Positions 35,686 through 44,874 of a DNA stretch of 64,000 nt are shown piece after piece (position 1 is the stretch's first letter; every line of letters starts with the position of its first letter). Made by a program: the position numbers and the translations under genes. The DNA is from Patescibacteria group bacterium (GTDB lineage Bacteria; Patescibacteriota; Minisyncoccia; Phycocordibacterales; UBA918): NCBI GenBank assembly GCA_019750255.1, contig JAIEOU010000009.1:5497-69496 (forward strand), given 5' to 3'. Below the pieces are notes generated by a model. The model had not been told where the DNA came from. It did not search any database and saw only the letters and a program-made list of their open reading frames with translations.

Positions 35686-37098
35686 TTATTGAGCGATATT
35701 CGTATCCGAAACATCGTCGGGATTTTCGCACCCCACCGCGTAGTAGCGTAGCGGCGCTTCGCTTGCCAGCAGTGGTGTAATAAACTGCCAAGCGGCGGTC
35801 ACTTCTTCGCTGCTCACAAACCGGGTTTGGTCGCCGGCTATACAGTCATACAGAACCCGGGCATAGGCTTCGGGTGAGTAACTATCGGCGGCCAGTGTGT
35901 GCGTAAGCTCAAGCTCACGGGGTTCAAGCGCAAACGCAAAACCGGGTTTCTTTACATAGACACGTAAGGTAATACGTACTTCTGGGGCAATCGTTATAGT
36001 GAGCACATTATGATGAGGCACCCCATCCGTCGCCGACAGCTGCTTCGCCTTAAAGGTAATCACCGCGTCAATCCGGTTTTCTTTAAGTGCCTTACCCGCC
36101 TCGAGAAATATCGGCACCCCCTGCCACTGCGGCACATCGATAGTGGTTACTACTTTGAAGTACGTTTCCGTACGTGAGTCGGTAGAGACGCCTTCGGTAT
36201 CGAGGTACCCATCATATTGACCTCGCACAAAAATGGTTGGAGACGTGAGCGCTCCTAAGACCCTGGCCCGAGCCCGACGCATTGCCGCTACGTCTCCAAG
36301 GGCTGTCGCTTCCATGGTGATGAGTGCCAATATTTGCAGAACGTGATTTTGCCCAACATCACGGAGTGCGCCGATGCCATCATAAAAAGATCCACGAGTG
36401 GCAACATCCTTCGTTTCATGGACGCGTATCGCTAGACTCTCTACTTCACCTCTATGCCATGAGTCCGCAAGGACTCGATTGCCAAAGCGGAGGGCCAAAA
36501 TATTTTCAATCGCATCTTTCGCTAGATAATGATCAATGCGATAAATTTGGTCTTCGGAAAATTGCTCGGCAAGCTGCGCCTCAAGCGCCTTCGCGGTCTC
36601 GAGGTCACGCCCAAAGGGCTTTTCCACCAAGACCCGCGACCAGGCCTCGTACCTATTGCAGAGCGTCATCACGCCTGAGGTCGCCAGCTGGGTAAAAATA
36701 CTGCTATAAAATTGTGGTGGTACGGCGAGGTAAAATAGTTTGTTTGTACACTGACCAAAACCTGCGTCGGCCAAGGTCAAGGCCTCCTTAAGCGCTTCAT
36801 AGGTGAGTGCGTCGTCAAAGGCCCCGCGTCGATAGCGCGCCAGTCCGGCAAAATCTGTAAGGGCTGACTGAGCAGCGTGCGGCCGAGCGAGCGACACCGC
36901 CTCCCTCACATAGCGCTGATAGTCAGCATCCCCCCAGGCCTTACGGGAAAGTCCGATGACCACAAAAGCCGACGGTAAATCTTTACGTACAAATAAATCA
37001 AAGAGCGCCGGCAGGAGTTTCGTTTCCGCTAAATTTCCTGTACCCCCTAAAATAACAATCGCGGTGGGCGGCACGCTGATTACCGATGCTGCATTCAT
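35686..37098 (-). CDS. zwf: Glucose-6-phosphate 1-dehydrogenase
   Basis: GGTGNLA, EKPFGRD, YRIDHYL, RDVGQNH. Confidence 0.95.
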   Translation of the reverse strand: MNAASVISVPPTAIVILGGTGNLAETKLLPALFDLFVRKDLPSAFVVIGLSRKAWGDADYQRYVREAVSLARPHAAQSALTDFAGLARYRRGAFDDALTYEALKEALTLADAGFGQCTNKLFYLAVPPQFYSSIFTQLATSGVMTLCNRYEAWSRVLVEKPFGRDLETAKALEAQLAEQFSEDQIYRIDHYLAKDAIENILALRFGNRVLADSWHRGEVESLAIRVHETKDVATRGSFYDGIGALRDVGQNHVLQILALITMEATALGDVAAMRRARARVLGALTSPTIFVRGQYDGYLDTEGVSTDSRTETYFKVVTTIDVPQWQGVPIFLEAGKALKENRIDAVITFKAKQLSATDGVPHHNVLTITIAPEVRITLRVYVKKPGFAFALEPRELELTHTLAADSYSPEAYARVLYDCIAGDQTRFVSSEEVTAAWQFITPLLASEAPLRYYAVGCENPDDVSDTNIAQ

Positions 37099-37159
37099 AC
37101 CATTTAGTGTACGCACGAAACGCCTACGCGTCCACGACTGTGGTACGCTACGAAGGACT

Positions 37160-37882
37160 ATGCGCTTGGCTTCCGTATTTAAAACCAGTCGCTTTCACAT
37201 CCCCGCCACCTGGGTAGCGGCGGCTTTGTGGTGTATAGCCATCTTTTGTCTGTATTATTACTACGGTACTCACGGCCTTTCCATGAAAGACATGCTGTAT
37301 GAACTATTTGTCTTTCTTTCTACAGACCCACGTGCACCCCTCTTATATATCATCGCCTATACGTTGCAACCGTTTGCGTTTTTACCAAGCACCGTCTTTA
37401 CCGTCCTTGCCGGTAGTATTTTTGGGTTTTGGCCAGCCCTCGTGTATACGCTCATCGGGGCCAACCTTTCTGCCAGCACCGCCTATGGCGTCGGGCGCGT
37501 CTTGGCCCGACCGGCGCCCGGACTCATGAACCAGCTTGCCCGCTGGATTGGACCACTGCAGCGTGCACCCTTTGAAACCATTCTTTTTATGCGCCTCGCC
37601 TATTTTCCCTTTGATGTAGTAAACTTTGTATCGGGAATTTTAAAACTACGTTACCTGCCGTTCGTTATTGCTACCGCCGTTGGGTCCGTCCCTGGCATCG
37701 CTACTTTGACCGCGCTGGGCACAGCGGTAAGTCTCAAAAGCTTACTTGCAGAAGGTCTCTCTTTTTCGATGATTGATATCCGCCTGGTCGGTGTTTCAGT
37801 GGTCTTATTCGTCGTTTCAATTGTTATCGCTGAAGGGGTTCGTCGGGTCCAAAAGCGCTCTCTTAAAGCCGGCCAACAGTAG
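37160..37882 (+). CDS. TVP38/VTT (DedA superfamily) membrane protein
   Basis: FLPSTVFTVLAGSIFG, RLAYFPFDVVN. Confidence 0.85.
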   Translation: MRLASVFKTSRFHIPATWVAAALWCIAIFCLYYYYGTHGLSMKDMLYELFVFLSTDPRAPLLYIIAYTLQPFAFLPSTVFTVLAGSIFGFWPALVYTLIGANLSASTAYGVGRVLARPAPGLMNQLARWIGPLQRAPFETILFMRLAYFPFDVVNFVSGILKLRYLPFVIATAVGSVPGIATLTALGTAVSLKSLLAEGLSFSMIDIRLVGVSVVLFVVSIVIAEGVRRVQKRSLKAGQQ

Positions 37883-37918
37883 CCTTTCGGCCACCCGAGA
37901 CTGTGGTATACTTAATAT

Positions 37919-38638
37919 ATGTTTGCATTTACCGGAGGCCGCATCTTGGTTGCTAGTATCATCGCTGCGTTTATCGGTCTCAGCAGTTACGTCATGCAGG
38001 TAGAGGTACCTGCGACCAGCATGGCAATTTCTCCAAGCAGCGCAATGAGTCTCGCTGGTGCAGAAATAGTTGTGCAGGTGGTCGTCGAATCATCCATACC
38101 CGTTAACGCCTTTGCGGGAGAACTGCAATTCGATAGCACAAAGCTTGAAGTTGCCCGTATTGATTACAACAATTCCATCGCCGACCTATGGGCCGAAGAA
38201 CCGTGGTATAAAAACAGTGACGGAACTGTCGGCTTTGCCGGTGGTAGCACAAGAGCCGGTGGCTTCACAGGGAGCGGTACTCTCATTACTATCACCTTCA
38301 AAAGCAAAGTGGTAGGCGTGAGCGCTATCGAAATTACCCGTGCTCAAATTCTTAAACACGATGGGCTTGGCTCCGACGCAACGATTCCTCCCCCTATCGA
38401 CGCTCTCTTTACCGTCACTGCCGAGGCAACACCAATCGTACATATGGATCAGCGCACGACCCAGGTGGTGGTAACGAGTACAGCCGTAAACATCGACCTC
38501 TCCGGCGACGGACAGCAATCGCTGGCTGACGTCAGTGTCTTCCTGCAACACTTCGTGGCCGGCAACCTCGCCGGCGACCTAAACGAAGACGGTCGGGTAT
38601 CACTCTCAGATATGAGTATTCTACTTGAATCGTTTTAA
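37919..38638 (+). CDS. Cohesin-domain protein with C-terminal dockerin
   Basis: N-terminal TM; VNAF..ELQFD..KLEV cohesin-like sandwich; DLSGDGQQSLAD and DLNEDGRVSLSD EF-hand pair. Confidence 0.75.
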   Translation: MFAFTGGRILVASIIAAFIGLSSYVMQVEVPATSMAISPSSAMSLAGAEIVVQVVVESSIPVNAFAGELQFDSTKLEVARIDYNNSIADLWAEEPWYKNSDGTVGFAGGSTRAGGFTGSGTLITITFKSKVVGVSAIEITRAQILKHDGLGSDATIPPPIDALFTVTAEATPIVHMDQRTTQVVVTSTAVNIDLSGDGQQSLADVSVFLQHFVAGNLAGDLNEDGRVSLSDMSILLESF

Positions 38639-38667
38639 CTGACACATACACTAATGTTAAAGCGTAT

Positions 38668-38711
38668 CAAAACCCCTCCTACTACCAGGCATGGTAGTAG
38701 GAGGGGTTTTC
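38668..38711. terminator. Bidirectional terminator
   Basis: AAAACCCCTCCTACTACCA...TGGTAGTAGGAGGGGTTTT. Confidence 0.8.
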
Positions 38712-38737
38712 GGACACTGACTGTATTAGATAGTCGA

Positions 38738-40225
38738 TTATTTTTTAGTTGAAAGCTTGGCAAGGTCGAGGGTATCGTCAATACGAATCTGCGAAACAAA
38801 ATCAGGGACGTGTGACACCAAAATCATTGCGCCCTTATATTCATTCAGCGCTGCGGCAATCACCGGCAGGTGCCTAAAGTTTACGTGGTTTGTAGGTTCG
38901 TCGAGAATGAGGAGGCCCGGTTTTTCCATCGTAAGCTTACAAAACGCGAGGAGCGCCTTTTGTCCTTCCGAGAGATTCCCCACCTTAGTCTTCATTACGT
39001 TTCCAAACAAGAGGAAGCCGGCCGCGATTGAGCGCATTTCTTCTTCAAGCTTCTTTTGCATCGAGGCCATCAGGGTTTCAAATACAGTCTTATCAAAATC
39101 AAGGTTCGAAAAGTCCTGGCGATAGTAGCCAATCTTTACCCCGGGTGTTACATGCTCACCCTTAGCATGTCCTGAGGCCAGCTTTTCTAAGAGAGTTGTC
39201 TTTCCAATACCGTTTGGTCCGACAATCTGGAGATGCATCGCACGCTTGAGAACTAACTGCACTTCCGCTTCTTTGGCTTCGTGGTTTTTGATGACGGTCA
39301 CTGAAGTTAGCTTCACTACCTCAAGCGGAATATCCTGGTGTGGTTCAATAGTGAATGGTCGGATAGTTTTATCTTCTCGTCGCACATCCACTTTATTCTC
39401 TTCGGCTTCTTCAATCTCATCACGCATGCGCTTGGCTACCAGACGCATCTTGCCTCCTTTGTTCGAGAAGTAGTTAACCTTATCCTTATTTGCCTGAATT
39501 TCTTTCTCAAGCTGGGCATTTTGGCGCTGCTCTTTCTCTACCTGCGCGGCGATGTCGCGAACCACCGTATGGTAGTTCCCGTTGTACTGCTCGACCTGGC
39601 GACGCTGAGTGTTGAGGTATAAAACGCCGTGAGTAAAGGCATTAAGGAAGTCAGCATCGTGCGAAATAACGAGAACGGTTTTTTTGTACTCTTTTAGAAA
39701 AGTAGTGAGGTGTTCAATACCACCTACATCGAGGTTGTTAGTTGGCTCGTCTAGCAGCAAAATGTCGGGGTCTTGAATGAGGGCCTGCGCAAGGAGGAGG
39801 CGCGCTTGCTGTCCACCAGAAAAACTGCCGATGATGCGCTCTTTAAACGTCTCGCGCTGCTTTTCGGTCGGGGTCAGGTTCACCACCTCAAGTACCGCTT
39901 CAATCCGCGGGTCAATGTCATAAACTTTTTCAGAGAAGCACTTGAGGAAGAATTCCCGGACAGTGAGGGTCATCTCTTCCCGCGGAATAATCTGGCGCGC
40001 GGTCGCGATGGTGGTGCGCGGCTCGAGGTTAACCATGCCGGATTCGGGTTTGAGAGTGCCCGTGATAAGACCAAAGATAGTACTCTTCCCCGCGCCATTT
40101 TGCCCCATGAGGGTGAGTTTCGCACCCCGGCGCACCACAAAATCGGCCTCTTTAAGAATAGGCCGCGTGGTGTCGTATTCAAACGACACCCCTTTAAATA
40201 CAATGATACCGTCGCCGCGTGACAT
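38738..40225 (-). CDS. ABC-F family ATPase
   Basis: Two NBDs (GQNGAGKST, GPNGIGKTT; LLDEPTNNLD, ILDEPTNH), no TM segments. Confidence 0.92.
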   Translation of the reverse strand: MSRGDGIIVFKGVSFEYDTTRPILKEADFVVRRGAKLTLMGQNGAGKSTIFGLITGTLKPESGMVNLEPRTTIATARQIIPREEMTLTVREFFLKCFSEKVYDIDPRIEAVLEVVNLTPTEKQRETFKERIIGSFSGGQQARLLLAQALIQDPDILLLDEPTNNLDVGGIEHLTTFLKEYKKTVLVISHDADFLNAFTHGVLYLNTQRRQVEQYNGNYHTVVRDIAAQVEKEQRQNAQLEKEIQANKDKVNYFSNKGGKMRLVAKRMRDEIEEAEENKVDVRREDKTIRPFTIEPHQDIPLEVVKLTSVTVIKNHEAKEAEVQLVLKRAMHLQIVGPNGIGKTTLLEKLASGHAKGEHVTPGVKIGYYRQDFSNLDFDKTVFETLMASMQKKLEEEMRSIAAGFLLFGNVMKTKVGNLSEGQKALLAFCKLTMEKPGLLILDEPTNHVNFRHLPVIAAALNEYKGAMILVSHVPDFVSQIRIDDTLDLAKLSTKK

Positions 40226-40308
40226 AGCTTTAGAGCACTACCTTACACTATTCTAAGCTTATTTTCCATAAGGTAGAGACGTGCTCATGGCTCTTTACAT
40301 TCCACACT

Positions 40309-40626
40309 CTACGGACGGTTATCAGCTTCGGGTTTTTCCGGTCCCCACTGCCAGTGCGGTGACTCTCCCTTCACGTAACAGGTAAGCAGCAACAGGAGTG
40401 TGAGGATGGCAAACGGTAGTGCAATGGCACGTGGCGCCGCTTCGTTTGGCACCACGGTGTACTCTACCCACAAAGCCATAACTAACACCGCCACCAGATA
40501 GCCACCAAGTACCGCCCACCCTTGCCACCTGGCTGGCGTCCAGCCCCACCCGTATAGTTTCCGCTTAAACCAATAGCCCTCTGGGTTATCTTTAAGATAG
40601 GCTCGGTAGGATGAAAATATACTCAT
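40309..40626 (-). CDS. Small Trp-rich membrane protein
   Basis: YWFKRKLYGWGWTPARWQGW, two TM helices, KGESPHWQWG. Confidence 0.75.
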   Translation of the reverse strand: MSIFSSYRAYLKDNPEGYWFKRKLYGWGWTPARWQGWAVLGGYLVAVLVMALWVEYTVVPNEAAPRAIALPFAILTLLLLLTCYVKGESPHWQWGPEKPEADNRP

Positions 40627-40723
40627 GTACCTATTGTACGCCCCTACCCGCACCCCGCAACAAAAAGACGACCGTGGTGGTCGCCTTTTATTTAGGTGAT
40701 TTTTCGATTCAGACTAGCAATTC

Positions 40724-40800
40724 TCCTTTCGCAGGTCGCTGCCACTCGTTTTTTCGCTATGATGCTCAAAACGAGTGAAGCGACTGCATAAGGGAAATTT
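40724..40800 (-). repeat. Modular hairpin repeat, module D, inverted copy
   Basis: TTTCCCTTATGCAGTCGC...GCAGCGACCTGCGAAAGG, matching 6886-6955. Confidence 0.65.
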
Positions 40801-40807
40801 AGTCGGG

Positions 40808-40882
40808 CTAGAGCCCTCCTAATTTACCCTTATCTTTTTTTGGTTTCTTCTTCTCTTTCCGCATATCGGTGCCTTTGGCCAT
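40808..40882 (-). CDS. Lys-rich micro-protein (24 aa); not in the ORF track
   Basis: MAKGTDMRKEKKKPKKDKGKLGGL; AT-rich start context. Confidence 0.5.
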   Translation of the reverse strand: MAKGTDMRKEKKKPKKDKGKLGGL

Positions 40883-40981
40883 ATAATGATGTTAGTTAAT
40901 TAACGTCTGATCTTAAAATTAATTGCGCATGGTGAGTTACTTATACTTTTCGGATACTCTCAGTATAGAACGGACAATGAC

Positions 40982-41545
40982 TTATGGTGCAAACTGGACG
41001 GGGATTTCTAGGGCGTCATCGTGCTCAGGCAAACCAGAGGGATTATCTTTTTTAAGAATAAGAGTCCCTCGCTTCATGAACTCGGGATCACCTTCCTTAT
41101 ACGGATTCACAAAATCAAGCTCGGCTACAAAAGGTACAAAGTCCTCAGTCATCCAATCTCCCTGCGCGGCTGCGACAGTTTGTGAAATAATGAGACCGTC
41201 CCAGTTGGTGAGAAAAATTGGAAAGGACGCTTCAAAGTACCACGGTCCGCGAGCTTGACCACTGATGGTAAACGGATTAATCACTACCGCCAGAGGAGCG
41301 GGTCCAGTCAGCTTAATTTTGTCGCTCTTTGCGTCAATCTGCGCCGCGATGTCGCCTGGTACTTCTGGTGCAGGTGGGCACGCAAACTCGCAGTTTGGTC
41401 CCGACCGCCCAACCATGCTTCCATCAGCACACACCATCGCGTCCATCGTACACGCTATTATTTCTTCCTCCTTTGGGGACAGAAAGGTACTAGCAATTCC
41501 AGCAATAAGGGCCAGCGCAATTAGTCCGAACAGTGCGTATTTCAT
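40982..41545 (-). CDS. Membrane-anchored Gmad2-type Ig-like domain protein
   Basis: CTMDAMVCADGS...CEFACP motif; GQARGPWYFEASFP, DNPSG. Confidence 0.75.
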   Translation of the reverse strand: MKYALFGLIALALIAGIASTFLSPKEEEIIACTMDAMVCADGSMVGRSGPNCEFACPPAPEVPGDIAAQIDAKSDKIKLTGPAPLAVVINPFTISGQARGPWYFEASFPIFLTNWDGLIISQTVAAAQGDWMTEDFVPFVAELDFVNPYKEGDPEFMKRGTLILKKDNPSGLPEHDDALEIPVQFAP

Positions 41546-41572
41546 ACATGCCATTGTACCAAACATCTCTCG

Positions 41573-42622
41573 CTACCCTAAGTCGCGTACTTTTTTAAGT
41601 GCCACTACGTACATGCTAACCGCCCACCCGAGAGGCGTATGATCATTCCATTTGTCCGTATGAGAATAATAAAGCTCGGGCACCATCCCGTCGGGGGTAA
41701 CCGTTGCTTTGGCCCGCCTCAGGTAGTAAAAGGCTTTATCCTTTTCACCGCGCTCAGCGTAAATTATGGCTAGCCATGAGAGACCAAAACACCACTCGGC
41801 CTCTTCGCTCCAGCCATCACGATTGTTATTGAAGTAACGGTCGCACTTATAACGGAGAACACCCTTATCCCGGACAAGGTGGTACTCAACGTTGCGGAGA
41901 ATTTCTTTGGTTTGTTCTTCGGTCGTAATCTGGAAGGGGTAGATGAGTGACATGAGGGCCAAGTCACAAAACTTGCTCTCCGATTCGCGCGGAAGCAATG
42001 CAGTGAGCGCGCGCTCACCTTCAACCAGCGCGTAATCTGGAACGGTCAGCCACGGAATCTCAGCCGCTTTTTTAAGCGCAGCGAGTACTGAGCCAATCGA
42101 AGAAGCATGCACTTCCATCGCCTCTTCCCAAATACCATTGTCAGGATCTTGCCAATACTCTAGACGTACCAGGTAGTCAATAATGGTCTGCACCATCGCG
42201 CGCTCATCATCAGTTTCAACGACACTCCAGCCCATCTGTTCGAGAGTAACAAGCAGGTTAAGCACCTCCCCGACAGCATCATTCTGACTATTACCCCACT
42301 CCTCCCAATACTCCTCAAACGTCTCTGGGTGAAACCTAGCGTGGATGTATTGCCAGGCCGCATGAGGCTTATGCTCGACTGCCCAATTGATTTTGTCCTG
42401 GTGTTTTACAAAGACCGTAAGGAGAGCCTTGGCTGCTGAGCGGGTTACCTCTTTATCGCCCGTCTCAAGGAAGGCCAGGGTGGTGAAATAGATATCACGG
42501 AGCCACGCTTTTCCGTACCACGTCTCCATTGGAGCGGCGGTAAAGACACCATTGGGGCGACGGAGGGTAAGAATGACGGAGAGGTGGTGTTTTATTTCGG
42601 CATCAAAATCAAATGAGGACAT
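41573..42622 (-). CDS. Glycoside hydrolase family 15-like protein
   Basis: AWLRD, QNDAVG, DNGIWEE, PELYY, PLGWA. Confidence 0.8.
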   Translation of the reverse strand: MSSFDFDAEIKHHLSVILTLRRPNGVFTAAPMETWYGKAWLRDIYFTTLAFLETGDKEVTRSAAKALLTVFVKHQDKINWAVEHKPHAAWQYIHARFHPETFEEYWEEWGNSQNDAVGEVLNLLVTLEQMGWSVVETDDERAMVQTIIDYLVRLEYWQDPDNGIWEEAMEVHASSIGSVLAALKKAAEIPWLTVPDYALVEGERALTALLPRESESKFCDLALMSLIYPFQITTEEQTKEILRNVEYHLVRDKGVLRYKCDRYFNNNRDGWSEEAEWCFGLSWLAIIYAERGEKDKAFYYLRRAKATVTPDGMVPELYYSHTDKWNDHTPLGWAVSMYVVALKKVRDLG

Positions 42623-42661
42623 GGGTGAAAGAACAAAGGAACAAATTGATAAGTGGGCAGT

Positions 42662-43021
42662 CTAGGCAGCGACTCTACTTTGCTCGACACTATTGTCGTT
42701 CGCAATTAGGTCAGGGATGGGTACATTTTTGAGGCGACTTACAAGACTCTTATACGTTTTTTGGGCGTCAGCCATGGCCTCATACATCTTACGGGTACAG
42801 GCCACTTCTTCGATTCTATCTAAGTCAGACATTTCGAGCACACCGCCATTATTGTTGGCCTTTTTCTCGTATGACTTAAGGACGGTAGCAGTTGCCTCGA
42901 GCACTTGAGTGACGGTGGCTTCTTTCATCGAAAGACCGAGCTCCGCTTCTATGAGTTCAACACCAGACTTCTGCACTAACTGCTCTTGAGCTCTCCCGTT
43001 TTCAAAATTCATGCGCGACAC
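42662..43021 (-). CDS. Hypothetical protein
   Basis: 119-aa helical ORF filling the gap co-directionally; no motif recognised. Confidence 0.6.
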   Translation of the reverse strand: MSRMNFENGRAQEQLVQKSGVELIEAELGLSMKEATVTQVLEATATVLKSYEKKANNNGGVLEMSDLDRIEEVACTRKMYEAMADAQKTYKSLVSRLKNVPIPDLIANDNSVEQSRVAA

Positions 43022-43115
43022 ATAACTAGGATAATGGTGTCATTTTAGCATGGCCAGTATTCATCCACGAAATACGTCCTGCCCGAAGAAGGCCTATCTC
43101 TGGTACTATGACTAT

Positions 43116-43466
43116 ATGAAAACATATACTGGCAGTTGTCACTGCGGAGCGGTGGCCTATACGGTAGAAGGTGAGTTTACGGAAGGCATGCGCTGCAACT
43201 GTTCCCACTGTAGGCGAAAGGGGTTTTTGCTCGCATTTGCTCCTGACTCAGCCTTCACCCTTTTGCGCGGAGCTGACGCACAGACGATCTACCACTTCAA
43301 CAAACATCACATCGATCACACCTTTTGCAAAACCTGCGGCGTCCAGTCATATGGGCACGGCCAAGACGGCAAGGGTAACTACATGACCATGATTAACCTA
43401 AACTGCCTCGAAGACTTTGACCTCTCTACCGTCAAAGTCAATGAGTTCGACGGCGCGAGTTTGTAA
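43116..43466 (+). CDS. GFA/CENP-V family Zn protein
   Basis: GSCHCGAV, CNCSHC, FCKTCG. Confidence 0.92.
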   Translation: MKTYTGSCHCGAVAYTVEGEFTEGMRCNCSHCRRKGFLLAFAPDSAFTLLRGADAQTIYHFNKHHIDHTFCKTCGVQSYGHGQDGKGNYMTMINLNCLEDFDLSTVKVNEFDGASL

Positions 43467-43500
43467 GCTTTTTGATACATACACCAGGGGTTCAACTGTA

Positions 43501-43625
43501 AAGAAAAAGCTAAATCGAGATGAGTCACGCGAAGCACAAGAAAAAAGACCCGACTGGGACAAATGTCCAGGGAGGGTCTTTTTTCGTAGTGCGACAAAGT
43601 GAATCGCTCGATTTAGCTTTTTCTT
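43501..43625 (+). repeat. Long-arm hairpin element, copy 3 (3' of rpsG)
   Basis: Perfect 19-bp arms AAGAAAAAGCTAAATCGAG/CTCGATTTAGCTTTTTCTT; loop GCGAA/GACAAA. Confidence 0.75.
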
Positions 43626-44097
43626 ACCAGGCGAAGTGAGCAAAGGCACGGTTAGCCTCAGCCATCTTGTGCGTATCCTCTCGCTTCTTCACAGCGTTTC
43701 CTTCTTCCTTCGCTGCGAGGATGAGCTCTTGCGCGAGGGCCTTATGCATTGGCACTCCCTTTTGATTTCGGGCTGAACCGATAATCCAACGGAGGGCAAG
43801 GGCGGTGCGGCGCTCTGGGCGCACCTCACGCGGTACCTGGTAGTTTGCTCCACCAACGCGACGTGAACGAACTTCCATGAGTGGACCGGCGTTTCGCATC
43901 GCTGTGTTGAACACTTCAAGTGGCTCGACAGCCTCCTTGTTCGCCTTCTTAATTTCTTCAAAGGCGCCGTATACAATCTTGCGTGCGGTTTCCTTCTGAC
44001 CACGGAGCATGATGTAGTTGATCAAACGTTCTACTTCCACCGATGAGTGCACAACGTCTGGCTGCACAACTGGGCGCTTCTTAATTGGTCGTCGCAT
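43624..44097 (-). CDS. rpsG: 30S ribosomal protein S7
   Basis: [25 protein letters not shown]. Confidence 0.98.
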   Translation of the reverse strand: MRRPIKKRPVVQPDVVHSSVEVERLINYIMLRGQKETARKIVYGAFEEIKKANKEAVEPLEVFNTAMRNAGPLMEVRSRRVGGANYQVPREVRPERRTALALRWIIGSARNQKGVPMHKALAQELILAAKEEGNAVKKREDTHKMAEANRAFAHFAW

Positions 44098-44365
44098 AAT
44101 AATTTTGTTTAACTGTGTAATTAAATACGTACGCGACTCTCTATTGTTTCGACAAACTAGAATGGGCTCAAAGGAGCCGTGCGCTTGGGCGCTCATTCTT
44201 CGCATAATGCCCTAGGGATGTACCCTGGCACTCATGATCTGTAGCGAATATAGACTATTTTGATATCGCGTGTCCGCAAGCACTCACTAGCCCATGTGGC
44301 CACTGAACACTTCAGGAAACACAATTGTGTTTCTGGTAGCCCGCCCTGCCGGGTGGCGACACTTC
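44098..44365 (-). other. 268-nt structured rpsL-rpsG spacer
   Basis: Two multibranch domains closed by GTGTC/GACAC and GCGAT/GTCGC. Confidence 0.5.
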
Positions 44366-44800
44366 CTATTTCTTTTTAGCTGCGGTAGCTCCAGCCTTTG
44401 GCTTCTTAGCGCCGTAGCGTGAGCGGCCCATGCGGCGTTCTGCAACACCAGTCGCGTCGTACTTTCCACGAACGATTGTGTACTGAACACCAATGTCCTT
44501 TACGCGACCACCGCGAACAAGTACCACTGAGTGCTCCTGGAGGTTGTGTTTAATACCTGGAATGTATGCAGTAATTTCCTGACCATTTGAAAGGCGCACA
44601 CGAGCAATCTTACGGATAGCTGAGTTTGGCTTACGTGGAGTCTTCGTAGTAACACGCGTACACACACCACGCTTAAAGGGTGAATTGTACTTGTTTGGGT
44701 GGTTTTCAATTTTGTTGAAACCAGTATGGAGCGCTCCCGTCTTACTCTTACGAATAGGGTCGCGGCGCTTGTTCTTTGTGAGCTGTTGAATGGTGGCCAT
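44366..44800 (-). CDS. rpsL: 30S ribosomal protein S12 (atypical)
   Basis: [33 protein letters not shown]. Confidence 0.98.
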   Translation of the reverse strand: MATIQQLTKNKRRDPIRKSKTGALHTGFNKIENHPNKYNSPFKRGVCTRVTTKTPRKPNSAIRKIARVRLSNGQEITAYIPGIKHNLQEHSVVLVRGGRVKDIGVQYTIVRGKYDATGVAERRMGRSRYGAKKPKAGATAAKKK

Positions 44801-44815
44801 AAATGTAGCCCGCGT

Positions 44816-44843
44816 AGCATACTACAGGCTTATTTTTTTGCAA
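44816..44843 (-). promoter_or_regulatory. sigma70-like promoter for rpsL
   Basis: TTGCAA-N16-TATGCT. Confidence 0.55.
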
Positions 44844-44874
44844 GCCCGACCGGCTAATGCCTCCCCCGTTTCAC

